Below, piece by piece: positions 36,890-46,164 of a DNA stretch of 62,274 bases. Both the position numbers and the translations under genes were made by a program. Within the stretch, counting starts at the first letter, position 1. Each line of letters starts with the position of its first letter. This DNA comes from an uncultured virus (IMG/VR IMGVR_UViG_3300050202_000023) (lineage: Duplodnaviria > Heunggongvirae > Uroviricota > Caudoviricetes). Below the pieces are notes generated by a model. It did not search any database. It was not told where the DNA came from and saw nothing but the letters and a program-made list of their open reading frames with translations. The stretch is taken from IMG/VR virus record IMGVR_UViG_3300050202_000023. One strand, given 5' to 3'.

Positions 36890-38308
36890 ATGGAACAAAT
36901 AAAGTTTGGTTCAATTGTAGAACTGGACATGTGTCGGGGTGCAAACACACCGTACAAGGAATGGCTCAAAAACCGGGGCATTTTACCGGGTGAAAAGTAC
37001 AAAGTAAAGCACTTGATGCAAACTTCAATTGCTTTGGAAGGGGTAAAGGGCTACTTTAATGTTAAGTGGTTCAAAATAACTACACCAGAACCAGCTAAGC
37101 CCCAAGTTGAAGAAGTTATCTTTAATGAAGACGATGTTGTTGAGCTGAACACAGACTATATACCAAATAAACGAGACGCTGACTATCTTGCAAGTCATGA
37201 CATAGTTCCCGGGAAAAAGCTTGCTATAATAGCTGTTGACGGAGTAATTCTAAGATTTGCCAACAAGTCTATAAGCTTTATTAAAGACCGGTTTAAGTTG
37301 TCTGATAAACCTGTGTTTAAAATAGGTGACCAAGTACGGTGTATTGGAGATACGGAAACATTTAGCTCTAATTATAAGTGGCTAAAAGAAGATGGTATTA
37401 AGATTGGTGATATACTTACCATACATCATGTATCTGAAGATGACGGTAGACTTTTCTTTGAAGATAAGATATATTACCAAGAGACTGTTAACTTTGAACT
37501 TGTAGTTACTTCTGAAACGGTTAAGCCAGCATTCAAAGTTGGTGATAAGGTACGTTGTGTTAGTAATAAACGGGTTCATGCCACTGATGATTGGTTAAAA
37601 CCTGCTAATATTAACATTGGTGATATTTTAACTATTGAAAAAGTAGTATCTGATAACTGGCTACGGTTTGAAGGTAAACCCTTCAATCAGGAAGCAATTA
37701 ATTTTGAGCTTATCACTCCTAAACCAGTTAAACCTGTATTTAAGGTTGGAGACACAGTACGTTGTATTAGTACTGAAAAACCAGTCAATGCTAGTAAAAA
37801 CTGGTTAGAGGATGATAAGATTAAAGTTGGGGATTTGCTTACTATAAAAACGGTAGAAAGTGATGGTTGGTTACGGTTTGAGGGTAAAGATTACTATCAA
37901 GCACCTGTTAGCTTTGAGCTTGTTCCTGAAGCTGAGCCAGTTGAACCTAAGTCTGTAGTTGATGACAAAGTGTTTACTGTTGGAGATTTGGTTGAACTTG
38001 ACCCGAAATGGTCTAATCGAGATGATTACTGGCTTAACAAAGGCGGTATTACCAGTACTAGTAAGTTGGCAATAACTGGTGTGAAGGACGGACTGGTAAC
38101 TGTAGCTGGCAGTAAACAGGAGTATTTTAAATACCGGTTCAGACTTGTTAAACCTGTTGTTGAAGAGACTACTAAGTTTATTTTTGTTTCGAGGGACTTA
38201 TTCTTTAAGATTATGGCTAAACAGGGACTACGTTTGCTAAACTCAGAACTTCGTGAAACGGAGTGTTTAGTCTCCGAAGAGTTATATCAGAAGTATAAAA
38301 ACCTTTAA
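36890..38308 (+). CDS. tandem-repeat protein (~7 SH3/KOW-like units)
   Basis: repeated FK(I/V)GD.VRC...WL....IKIGDILTI..V...L.FE.K..Q...FELV. Confidence 0.8.
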   Translation: MEQIKFGSIVELDMCRGANTPYKEWLKNRGILPGEKYKVKHLMQTSIALEGVKGYFNVKWFKITTPEPAKPQVEEVIFNEDDVVELNTDYIPNKRDADYLASHDIVPGKKLAIIAVDGVILRFANKSISFIKDRFKLSDKPVFKIGDQVRCIGDTETFSSNYKWLKEDGIKIGDILTIHHVSEDDGRLFFEDKIYYQETVNFELVVTSETVKPAFKVGDKVRCVSNKRVHATDDWLKPANINIGDILTIEKVVSDNWLRFEGKPFNQEAINFELITPKPVKPVFKVGDTVRCISTEKPVNASKNWLEDDKIKVGDLLTIKTVESDGWLRFEGKDYYQAPVSFELVPEAEPVEPKSVVDDKVFTVGDLVELDPKWSNRDDYWLNKGGITSTSKLAITGVKDGLVTVAGSKQEYFKYRFRLVKPVVEETTKFIFVSRDLFFKIMAKQGLRLLNSELRETECLVSEELYQKYKNL

Positions 38309-38676
38309 CCAATCAAGCCATGCAGCTTATCAAACGAGTAATTACCAAGTTGTTCAAGAANNNNNNNNNNAAGTAGTACCTGTAAGTCAGGGTGACATAC
38401 AGAAGTTTAGTGCTTGCTACTAAAGTTTAACCCTTTAAATACACACACAGATATGGAATCCATGCAGATCCCCAGCCCTAAAACGTGTCTTACCCAGCTT
38501 AAGCTGGCTATTAAGGATTATTTAGCAGGGCAACTTAGTTTCTACTGTTTAACCGAAATCATTTTCGGTTACTGTGGATTCTTCGATGGTTTGTACTTCA
38601 CAAGTCTGTGTGGTACTATAAGGGCAAAGGTTATCGGTAATCAGCAGATCATGTTTTGTTTCTGCTAAACGATATT

Positions 38677-38711
38677 CCCGGTGGTTTTGAACGTTTGTTC
38701 AGACTACCGGG
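38677..38711 (+). terminator. hairpin before the ncRNA array
   Basis: cccggtggttttgaac...gttcagactaccggg. Confidence 0.5.
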
Positions 38712-38716
38712 TTTAC

Positions 38717-38994
38717 TATTAGTCTGATGAAGAAGTCATACAGCATTCAAACTCTATCTAAACGGAACCAAGCTGACTTCTGTTACAGATTAATAAGTGG
38801 CTCTTGATTTAGAAGAAGACATACAGCAGTTTACAGACAGCTAATTGTTTACTGGCTTAAAAGCCTGTCTTCTGAAATCAAGAGTAATGGTATTGATGGT
38901 CTCATACAGCAACGTAACTCTATAACTACGTTGGTTCGAGAACAGGGGTGTAGTCTAACAAACTATGTCACAACCTGAGACCTGTTATATACCA
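38717..38994 (+). ncRNA. array of three stem-loop RNAs with invariant CA-UACAGCA motif (Y-RNA-like candidates)
   Basis: units 38717-38795, 38801-38884 and 38888-38994, each with covarying inner and outer stems; lies upstream of the TROVE-like gene. Confidence 0.7.
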
Positions 38995-39041
38995 AATTGT
39001 GCATGGAATTGTGTTCTATGCCTCTGTTCTCATTAAACTCG

Positions 39042-39076
39042 AGGGGCATCAGTTAATTCTGGTGTCCCTTATTTTT
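39042..39076 (+). terminator. terminator/attenuator between array and TROVE-like gene
   Basis: aggggcatcag-ttaatt-ctggtgtccct then attttt. Confidence 0.55.
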
Positions 39077-39099
39077 AACTTATAACCAACAAAGAAACT

Positions 39100-40485
39100 A
39101 TGAAAACCACATTCAAAACAGCAATGGGTAATACCGGTCTTACCGCTAATGGAGCTAACACGTTTACGTCTAGTCTGGACAAAAACGTAGACATGTTTTT
39201 CTTAGCCGGGGCTAGCCGAAATATGGATTCAGAAACCATTTTGACCCTGTTTCAGGATGCTTATGAAGAAAACTCTGATTTAGCTGTTCGGATTCTGCNN
39301 NNNNNNNNTCTGCTATGGTCTAGAGATATTCGTGGTGGTGCTGGTGAACGACACTTCTTTAGAACTGTATACCAGTGGTCACATGAAAATTCTCCTGCAT
39401 CAACTTACTGGCTTACTATGTTGGCTGCTAAATATGGGTCATTCAAAGACATTATTGTGTCTGAGAAACCTAATAATGGCAATCTTTCTCTGTTCTACCG
39501 TTTACTGGTAGAAGACAAGAATGGACTTGCTGCTAAATGGTTTCCCCGGAAAGGGGTATGGTTTAATGCCATGCTCAAGTTTACGGGGTTATCGGCTAAA
39601 GCTCTTCGGACACTACTAGTTTCTCTGTCAAATACGGTGGAACAGAAAATGTCCAAGAACGAGTGGGCTAGTATCTCATACAAGGGAGTTCCGTCCCAAG
39701 CTATGAATAAGTACCGGAAAGCATTCTATCGGAATGACCAGCTACGGTTTGGTCAGTTCATTGATCTGGTTAATGAAGGCAAGACTACACTGAATTCGGG
39801 AACTCTGTTTCCTTATCAGTTATATCAAGCTTTTAACAGACATGAAAACGAGGATGTAATCCGGGCTCAGTGGAGCCAGCTACCAGACTATATTACTAAT
39901 GACGATAGTTATGTCGTCTTAAGTGACGTGTCTGGATCAATGACGGGTCTACCAATGGATATTTCAGTGTCTCTTGGTGTATACCTGTCAGAACGGTCTA
40001 AGATTGAGGCTTTCAAGGACATAGTGATTACATTTGAAACTAATCCGCAGTTTGTGGAGCTTAGTGGAGATGTGATTTCTAGGTTTAGTCAACTTGTACG
40101 GGCTCCTTGGGGTGGTTCTACAGACTTGGAAGCAGCGTTTGATTTGATTCTGAATAGAGCTATGATGCATAATCTTGCTCAGGATCAAATGCCAAATAAG
40201 CTGATCATTGTAAGTGACATGGAGTTTAATCAGGCTACTGGTGGATATACCAATTACCAGTCTATACAAGCCAAGTTTACACAAGCAGGGTATTCTGTAC
40301 CCCAAGTTGTATTCTGGAATGTAAATGGTAGAGTTGGAAATGTTCCAGTTTTGGCTGATCAAGCTAACGTAGCTCTGGTATCTGGTGCATCACCAGCAAT
40401 AATGTCCAGTGTGTTATCGGGTCAGGATTTTACCCCAAAGGGTATTATGCTCAATACGGTAATGACTGAGCGTTATAACTGGTAG
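39100..40485 (+). CDS. DUF2828 TROVE-like + vWA domain protein (Ro60-related architecture)
   Basis: RDIRGGAGER, AAKWFPR, LFPY; MIDAS DVSGSM..., WGGST, IIVSDMEF, VFWN. Confidence 0.88.
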   Translation: MKTTFKTAMGNTGLTANGANTFTSSLDKNVDMFFLAGASRNMDSETILTLFQDAYEENSDLAVRILXXXXLLWSRDIRGGAGERHFFRTVYQWSHENSPASTYWLTMLAAKYGSFKDIIVSEKPNNGNLSLFYRLLVEDKNGLAAKWFPRKGVWFNAMLKFTGLSAKALRTLLVSLSNTVEQKMSKNEWASISYKGVPSQAMNKYRKAFYRNDQLRFGQFIDLVNEGKTTLNSGTLFPYQLYQAFNRHENEDVIRAQWSQLPDYITNDDSYVVLSDVSGSMTGLPMDISVSLGVYLSERSKIEAFKDIVITFETNPQFVELSGDVISRFSQLVRAPWGGSTDLEAAFDLILNRAMMHNLAQDQMPNKLIIVSDMEFNQATGGYTNYQSIQAKFTQAGYSVPQVVFWNVNGRVGNVPVLADQANVALVSGASPAIMSSVLSGQDFTPKGIMLNTVMTERYNW

Positions 40486-40885
40486 GAATAAACGTTTTGA
40501 GGGTACCGTATAAACCCTCAATTTACTTTTTAACTAACTAGGTCCATGCAGACTGAAATACTAACAAGTGAATCCTTGATTGCTTTACTAACTGATGTAC
40601 AGGGGTGGCTAATTGACCATGAACACACGTACACCGTATTGTCAATAGCCACAAACAATCTGCCCCATCAGTACATTGCAACAATTACTTACGTATAACT
40701 TTTAACCGAATAATAACATGAAGACTAAGCTAATAAAAGCTGTCTACTTAACTGAGCTTGAAATGCTTATTCGAGACTGGTATATAGAAGAAAAAGTCTA
40801 TGACAAGATTCAAAGAATTCTCATAGATAAAGTCAGCACAGGATTCACAGCAATGATTGACTATAAACCTTAAACTCATTTAACT

Positions 40886-41110
40886 ATGGTCGTTTTAAAA
40901 ACTGAAGCACAGGTAAAATCATTTTTGAAACGTCATGGTAAAAGTGACTATAACTCCGTTACCTATGATATTGGTAGTGCTTGGGTAGATGCTTTAGCTA
41001 CAGCAGTTGAGGGTGATAAAGTGCTACAATGCACAACAGTTAGTAAGTTCTGGGATGATCACGAGACATTCACTAGAATAATAGCTGTTATACGGCATAG
41101 GAAGAAGTAA
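40886..41110 (+). CDS. hypothetical protein
   Basis: 74-aa ORF with typical leader. Confidence 0.55.
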   Translation: MVVLKTEAQVKSFLKRHGKSDYNSVTYDIGSAWVDALATAVEGDKVLQCTTVSKFWDDHETFTRIIAVIRHRKK

Positions 41111-41117
41111 TTCTTTC

Positions 41118-41928
41118 TAATACTAGACATAGCAATATGTCTTCACTGTTGGACGAGACAGTATTACCGAAATGCTAGGTCACTTGGTATTAGTACAAAG
41201 GTGATTCCCTTGGTAATAAGTAGAAAATACAATGTCCAGTTATACTAATCACTTTCTGTCAAAAAGAGATATTTTACGATGTGCTACCATTAGTCGTGCT
41301 GACAAGAAATGGTCTTAATGTACAACGGTCAACTATACTTGTGGTGTTGACATTTTATTAACTTTTAAACTACTGTTTGAATGAAGACTAGACTATAGTA
41401 GTCAGAAGACTACTAACCTCACTTTTGTAGAGCCGTTTTGGGGCTGTGGGGATAAGTAACTAAATTAATGCTGGACCAAAAAGCTAGTTATAATGGCTGT
41501 CATAAATTGACAACTACTCATAAGGTAGTCAATGTAGTAAAAATCTACCATTAATTTAGTGAAACCAATTCTACAACTGGTAACAGAATAATATTATCCA
41601 TATTAGGAAGAATCTGTGGATTTATAACTTATGGATAATAAGCTTAAACTTATTCACAGACGTGGGAAACACGTATTATTTATGATTGATCACATAGATA
41701 ATTAGAATAAGTTGACTAATAAACTCCTAAACTAGTCAATATTAAAAGTATTGATGAAAACTACATATATGTGTTAAATTTGACCTGATGTACTTTTGCA
41801 TACACTACGGGATAGTGATACTATGTGTAGAGAATAATACAGCGCAGGAAAAGCTAAGTGTGTAGAGTTGAAGTACTAACAAAACCCCTCGTGGATAAGC
41901 ATCTGTGATGTTAGTATAGGAGTTTATT
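41118..41928 (+). ncRNA. large structured non-coding RNA candidate (~810 nt)
   Basis: no ORF of 60 aa or more; many hairpins; perfect long-range 12-bp helices 41459-41470/41549-41560 and 41718-41729/41917-41928; strand inferred from context. Confidence 0.65.
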
Positions 41929-42316
41929 TTTATTTGATTTTAAGCAACTAAATGATATAACTATGCTAGTTTTAACTTCAATCTATTTTGGTATTTGTTT
42001 GTATATTACAATAATATCGGTATTACGGTTTATTAGTGCAGCAGTAACTAGAACAGATTTAAAAGGCCCAGAACTTATTTTTATTACTGTACTACCTTCA
42101 ATTTCATGGGCAGTATTTTATTTTATAACTTACTAAACACATGACAGATGACCGGTATTTAGAATTGCTAAGAGGGGCTGTAGCAGGTATAGATATACTC
42201 CAAGATGAAAGAGGAGAGTTTCAGGCTAGATTTGATGCAACGCTCAAGTTTATAGAAGACTGGAAAGCTAATGAAAAAGCTATAAACACTGTAGATTAAT
42301 AGTCAACTTAATTGAG

Positions 42317-42359
42317 TAGACTTTGAGCCCCTGCGGGGCTTGAGTCTACGTTTTTTTTA
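42317..42359 (+). terminator. intrinsic terminator
   Basis: gtagactttgagcccc-tgc-ggggcttgagtctac then long T-tract. Confidence 0.75.
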
Positions 42360-42378
42360 TCCTTAAACATACACACGA

Positions 42379-42789
42379 ATGAAAAGTAAACTAATAAATA
42401 ACTACGGATTTATTCTAAATGCTACTATAGTTTTTGTATTAGCAGGTGCAATAAATTATCTCTTAGAGTCAAATATAGACAAAGCTAAGCATGTTGAATA
42501 TCTAGCATGGATGTTAGTTATTGCTGTACTCCTTCAGATGCTTAACCTTGTTTTAGGTTCTGTACAATTATACTTAGCCCAAGTTAAAGATAATTCAAAG
42601 TTAAGTAGTACAGATGACGATGAAATTATTGGTTATGCTCATGTGTATATAAACCAAGTGGGTGAAGGGTACAGTGGTGGGCAGTTGTTTTCAACAAAAA
42701 CTGCTTTACCTTATATAGATATTGAATCTCCAAAGGTTAAATGGGTTGTCATTAAAAAAAGTATGCTTCAAGATACAGGAAAACAGTAG
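42379..42789 (+). CDS. membrane protein (2 TM)
   Basis: two hydrophobic N-terminal segments. Confidence 0.55.
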   Translation: MKSKLINNYGFILNATIVFVLAGAINYLLESNIDKAKHVEYLAWMLVIAVLLQMLNLVLGSVQLYLAQVKDNSKLSSTDDDEIIGYAHVYINQVGEGYSGGQLFSTKTALPYIDIESPKVKWVVIKKSMLQDTGKQ

Positions 42790-43466
42790 AAATCATGAAA
42801 AAACTAACACCAGAAGAGGTTGAGATTTATTTTGATCAAGTACGGGAAGCTCTAATTACTAACAAAGACTGGAGAGCTGGTCAAGCCATGTTCAACGTAC
42901 TACACAAAACTAGACTTGATTTAGCTGAATCTGTCAGAGGTACTACAGATGATCCATTTTATAGTAACCAGCGTATTAAACCATTTCTACAGCACATATT
43001 GGATAAGGATGCTCAAGCAAGTTTCCATCCTGTAGTAGCTGCTGTATTTCTTTAAACTAACTTACTAACATGGAAAGATTAATTGAAGCTATAAACGATG
43101 GTGGGTATACAAATGCAATTATGTATTTGCGAGATAAGAATTCTACTGAAGAAGAGTACAACCAGTTAGAAGAACATTTATTGAATTCTTCTTATTCAGA
43201 AGAAATGAAAACCTACTATGCCGATTTAATTGATTTTTATCGAGAAAAAAATAATTTCCAATTATGACAGATAGAGAATATACAAAAGATTACTCAAAGG
43301 GTGAACAGTTAACAGGAATGTCTAACTGTAAAAGCATGATTGCTCACTTAACCCGACCTGTTGAAAGTATGTCATCAAAAGGATTTGGTGAGGGTAAGTT
43401 TGATAAAGCTAAGTGGATAAAACGAATACGAGGTTATTTTAAATCACAAACCAAACAACTAATAGA

Positions 43467-44090
43467 ATGAATAATTCAATTGAATTCTGGAAACAGTTTA
43501 TTAAGTCAAACTTGGAGCACAACTTAGATTTTTTAGTAAAAAACTCCATTAAAGACTTTCATTTTAAAGGACTTAACTATATCTGTTTTCAGTTTTTACC
43601 ACATCTGACAATTAGGCTTTATATTATTGAGCCACAAGAGCAACTTGACACAAAGAATGTTAATATTCATAATCACTTATATGATTCTCAGATACTGGTG
43701 TTGACAAACACACTGGTAAATAATGTTTACAAACAAGTACCGGGAGATGAGTACAATCATTATTACTTAACCAGTGCTTTAGCTGTAGGTAACGCATCGG
43801 GAAAGATTAAACTGGATTCACTTGGTAAAACTGGTCTGGAGCTAGTTCGGTCTATTACGTTAAACCCGGGGAATACTCATTTTCAGGATTCTGAAGAAAT
43901 TCATAATGTTGAAAATGATGTGACCAAGCTTACTGCATTTATGGTATTTGAGTATCCTACTGTCAAAGACAATTCTATTTTGTTTACCACAAAAGACTAT
44001 ACAGATACTATACCAACCCCCAATGCGTATAACAAGTATACCCATTACGAAATTACTAGACTGTTAACTAATTTACTGAATGTATTATGA
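43467..44090 (+). CDS. cupin/cysteine-dioxygenase-like DSBH protein
   Basis: NIHNHLYD..SQIL and L.PG.TH...EIHNV metal-binding His pattern. Confidence 0.6.
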   Translation: MNNSIEFWKQFIKSNLEHNLDFLVKNSIKDFHFKGLNYICFQFLPHLTIRLYIIEPQEQLDTKNVNIHNHLYDSQILVLTNTLVNNVYKQVPGDEYNHYYLTSALAVGNASGKIKLDSLGKTGLELVRSITLNPGNTHFQDSEEIHNVENDVTKLTAFMVFEYPTVKDNSILFTTKDYTDTIPTPNAYNKYTHYEITRLLTNLLNVL

Positions 44091-44844
44091 CAAACAGAGA
44101 TTACTACTATGATGGTAATACTATTTCAGATACAGCAATAGACTTTGCTCAGTGGTGCGGTACTTACTTTAAATTATCAAAGGGTGTTTGGATAAGAAAG
44201 TCAGACCCTTTTTTATTTCGAAAAGAAGGTATACCAAAACATTTAATGAGAGTATATGCAATACATGAACTTTGGCAAATTTGGTTAGATTTAGACTACA
44301 ATGACAAATAAAGTATACTATCAGTCAAAAAATCCGGTAGCTTGTATAGCATTTGCTAACTGGATTCAAAGTATTCTATTTGGTAGAACTATGGACGGAT
44401 TTTATGTAAGCTTAAATGCTGAATCCCAAGCACTATCTGCAAAAGAACTTTACCAAATTTGGGAGGATACTGAAATTGATCCGTTTTTTACTAGATAACA
44501 TAAACGGAAGTGTATGATAACGTCAAAAAAAAGTAACTATTTACTATATGCGTTAACAAACTGGATTTAGTTAGGTGGTTACGTTATAAAACGGTATAGA
44601 CCTAATCTTAACTTAACTACGTATTTATTTATTCACAAAGGACGGTCGTATCATTACAAACCATTTGATGAAAACAATAAAGATTTAATTTTTGAGGGGT
44701 TTGTTGTAATAAAAGAATACGTTAAACGTACAGAAGATCAGATTATTTTAGAAGCTGGTACAAAAGATATAGCTAATAAGGTAGAAACAGCTATGAAGTT
44801 GTACGGAGATATTGCACTTAATATAAACTTAGCAAAAACTAAAA

Positions 44845-45216
44845 ATGGATAATACAAAAATTCCTTTCAATCTTAAACGAGTTAAAGCCGGTGATCCTGT
44901 AATTACTCGGAGTGGGGAAGATTACCTTTACGGAGCTCATAATCCTGATGCAGGTCCAAACTATAAAATAACTGGCTGGATAGACGGTGTTGCACGAGGT
45001 CATACAGAGTCAGGTGACTACTACCCACCTAAACCAAGTAGCTATGACTTGTTTATGAAACCTACCCGAGTTACTAAGTATATTAACTTATTTCGTCAGG
45101 GTTCACCGGAATTTTTTACGTCTGGAGATGTTCATGATGATTATGAAACAGCTATGAGACTTGGTAAATACTCAGATCGTTATTTTACAACAATTCCAAT
45201 CGAGTTTGACATGTAA
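44845..45216 (+). CDS. hypothetical phage protein
   Basis: PFNLKRVKAGDPVITRSG...YDLFM pattern seen in phage accessory proteins. Confidence 0.6.
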   Translation: MDNTKIPFNLKRVKAGDPVITRSGEDYLYGAHNPDAGPNYKITGWIDGVARGHTESGDYYPPKPSSYDLFMKPTRVTKYINLFRQGSPEFFTSGDVHDDYETAMRLGKYSDRYFTTIPIEFDM

Positions 45217-45723
45217 ATTATGCTTAAAAAGTATTTTCACCTGACAATTCAGAGGGGAACAAACTTGCCGGAAACAATTTACTTTAAAGGTACTTCAGTT
45301 AGTACCTTTTTAGTATTGTTTGCTAAAGTACTTCCCACAACTACAGTAATACTCTACTCAAGAGAAATAAATCCTTTTGAATGGTTAGAAGTTGAAAACG
45401 ACCCTATTCTTAGCTTTCTTATTTTTGATCCACCTAAATTAAACAAAGATTAACTATGTGGCATATTGCAATTCCCTGTTTAATTATATACCTTTTACAA
45501 CTTTTCATGCTTTTTGTTATACTTGATCATGACTATAAAGCAGTAAAGTTTCCAAAAGTGTATGGTAACCCTTTAATTACTCATAAAAAGCATGTTGTAA
45601 TAATGTTAATACCTTTTGGATTTTTATTCTTTACCTTTGTTAACATTGTCCAAAGCTTTAAAAAGTTTAAAGAAAACTTAAAAGACTTGTTTACTTATAT
45701 GCAGACTAAATTAAAATAGTCAA

Positions 45724-45808
45724 GCCCGGTGAGTAACCGTCCCGCTTCTAACGGGAACTACAATGGTGAATGGACAGTCACGAGGTTCGATTCCTCCACC
45801 GGGTACCA
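45724..45808 (+). tRNA. atypical tRNA-like gene, anticodon TCT (Arg), 8/4 acceptor/T stem, no D-arm
   Basis: gcccggtg/caccgggt acceptor + ACCA; gagg-TTCGATT-cctc T-arm; tcccg-CTTCTAA-cggga anticodon arm. Confidence 0.75.
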
Positions 45809-45825
45809 AATAAAATATTATAAGT

Positions 45826-46107
45826 ATGAGTGTTACTAAAACAGCTTTACAACTAGACTACTTATATTATGGTAACCAGTTAGAAAAGCAAAACCCACAG
45901 CTAAACTTCAAAAATCATTGCTACTGGAGAATAGCTAATGATAATGCTTGTAGTGCTAAGTGGACAACTAAAGTTAAAACCCCGTACTACAAAAATGCTT
46001 CAAATGAACGACTAGAAAAGTCAGTAGCTTATTTAAAAGCAATGATTAATGACTCTAGTACAATAAATAAACTAAATAAACAATCCTTAAAGTTAAGGGG
46101 TAAATAA
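45826..46107 (+). CDS. hypothetical protein (HC.WRI..DNA...W family)
   Basis: NHCYWRIANDNACSAKW...LNKQSLKLRGK. Confidence 0.6.
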   Translation: MSVTKTALQLDYLYYGNQLEKQNPQLNFKNHCYWRIANDNACSAKWTTKVKTPYYKNASNERLEKSVAYLKAMINDSSTINKLNKQSLKLRGK

Positions 46108-46130
46108 ATTTTTTTTCTCATTGTTTACCT

Positions 46131-46164
46131 AAAGGGTACTGCTTATAGCGGTACTCTTTTTTTT
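46131..46164 (+). terminator. intrinsic terminator
   Basis: aaagggtactgc-ttata-gcggtactcttt then T-tract. Confidence 0.7.

Noticed and set aside
38717..38994. CRISPR mini-array
   Set aside because: Only ~9 nt are identical, stems covary rather than repeat, spacing is irregular and no cas genes are present.
41140..41166. Hammerhead ribozyme (ctgttgg...gagac), also ctgttga near 36539
   Set aside because: CUGANGA and GAAA core nucleotides are not satisfied.
41870..41920. HDV-like/theta ribozyme at acccctcgtgg
   Set aside because: Could not build the P1/P2/P3 nested pseudoknot; treated as part of the large RNA.
45745..45751. CUA amber-suppressor anticodon / stop-codon recoding as in some crAss-like phages
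   Set aside because: The 7-nt loop CTTCTAA puts TCT at positions 34-36; long genes read cleanly in code 11 and several end at TAG.
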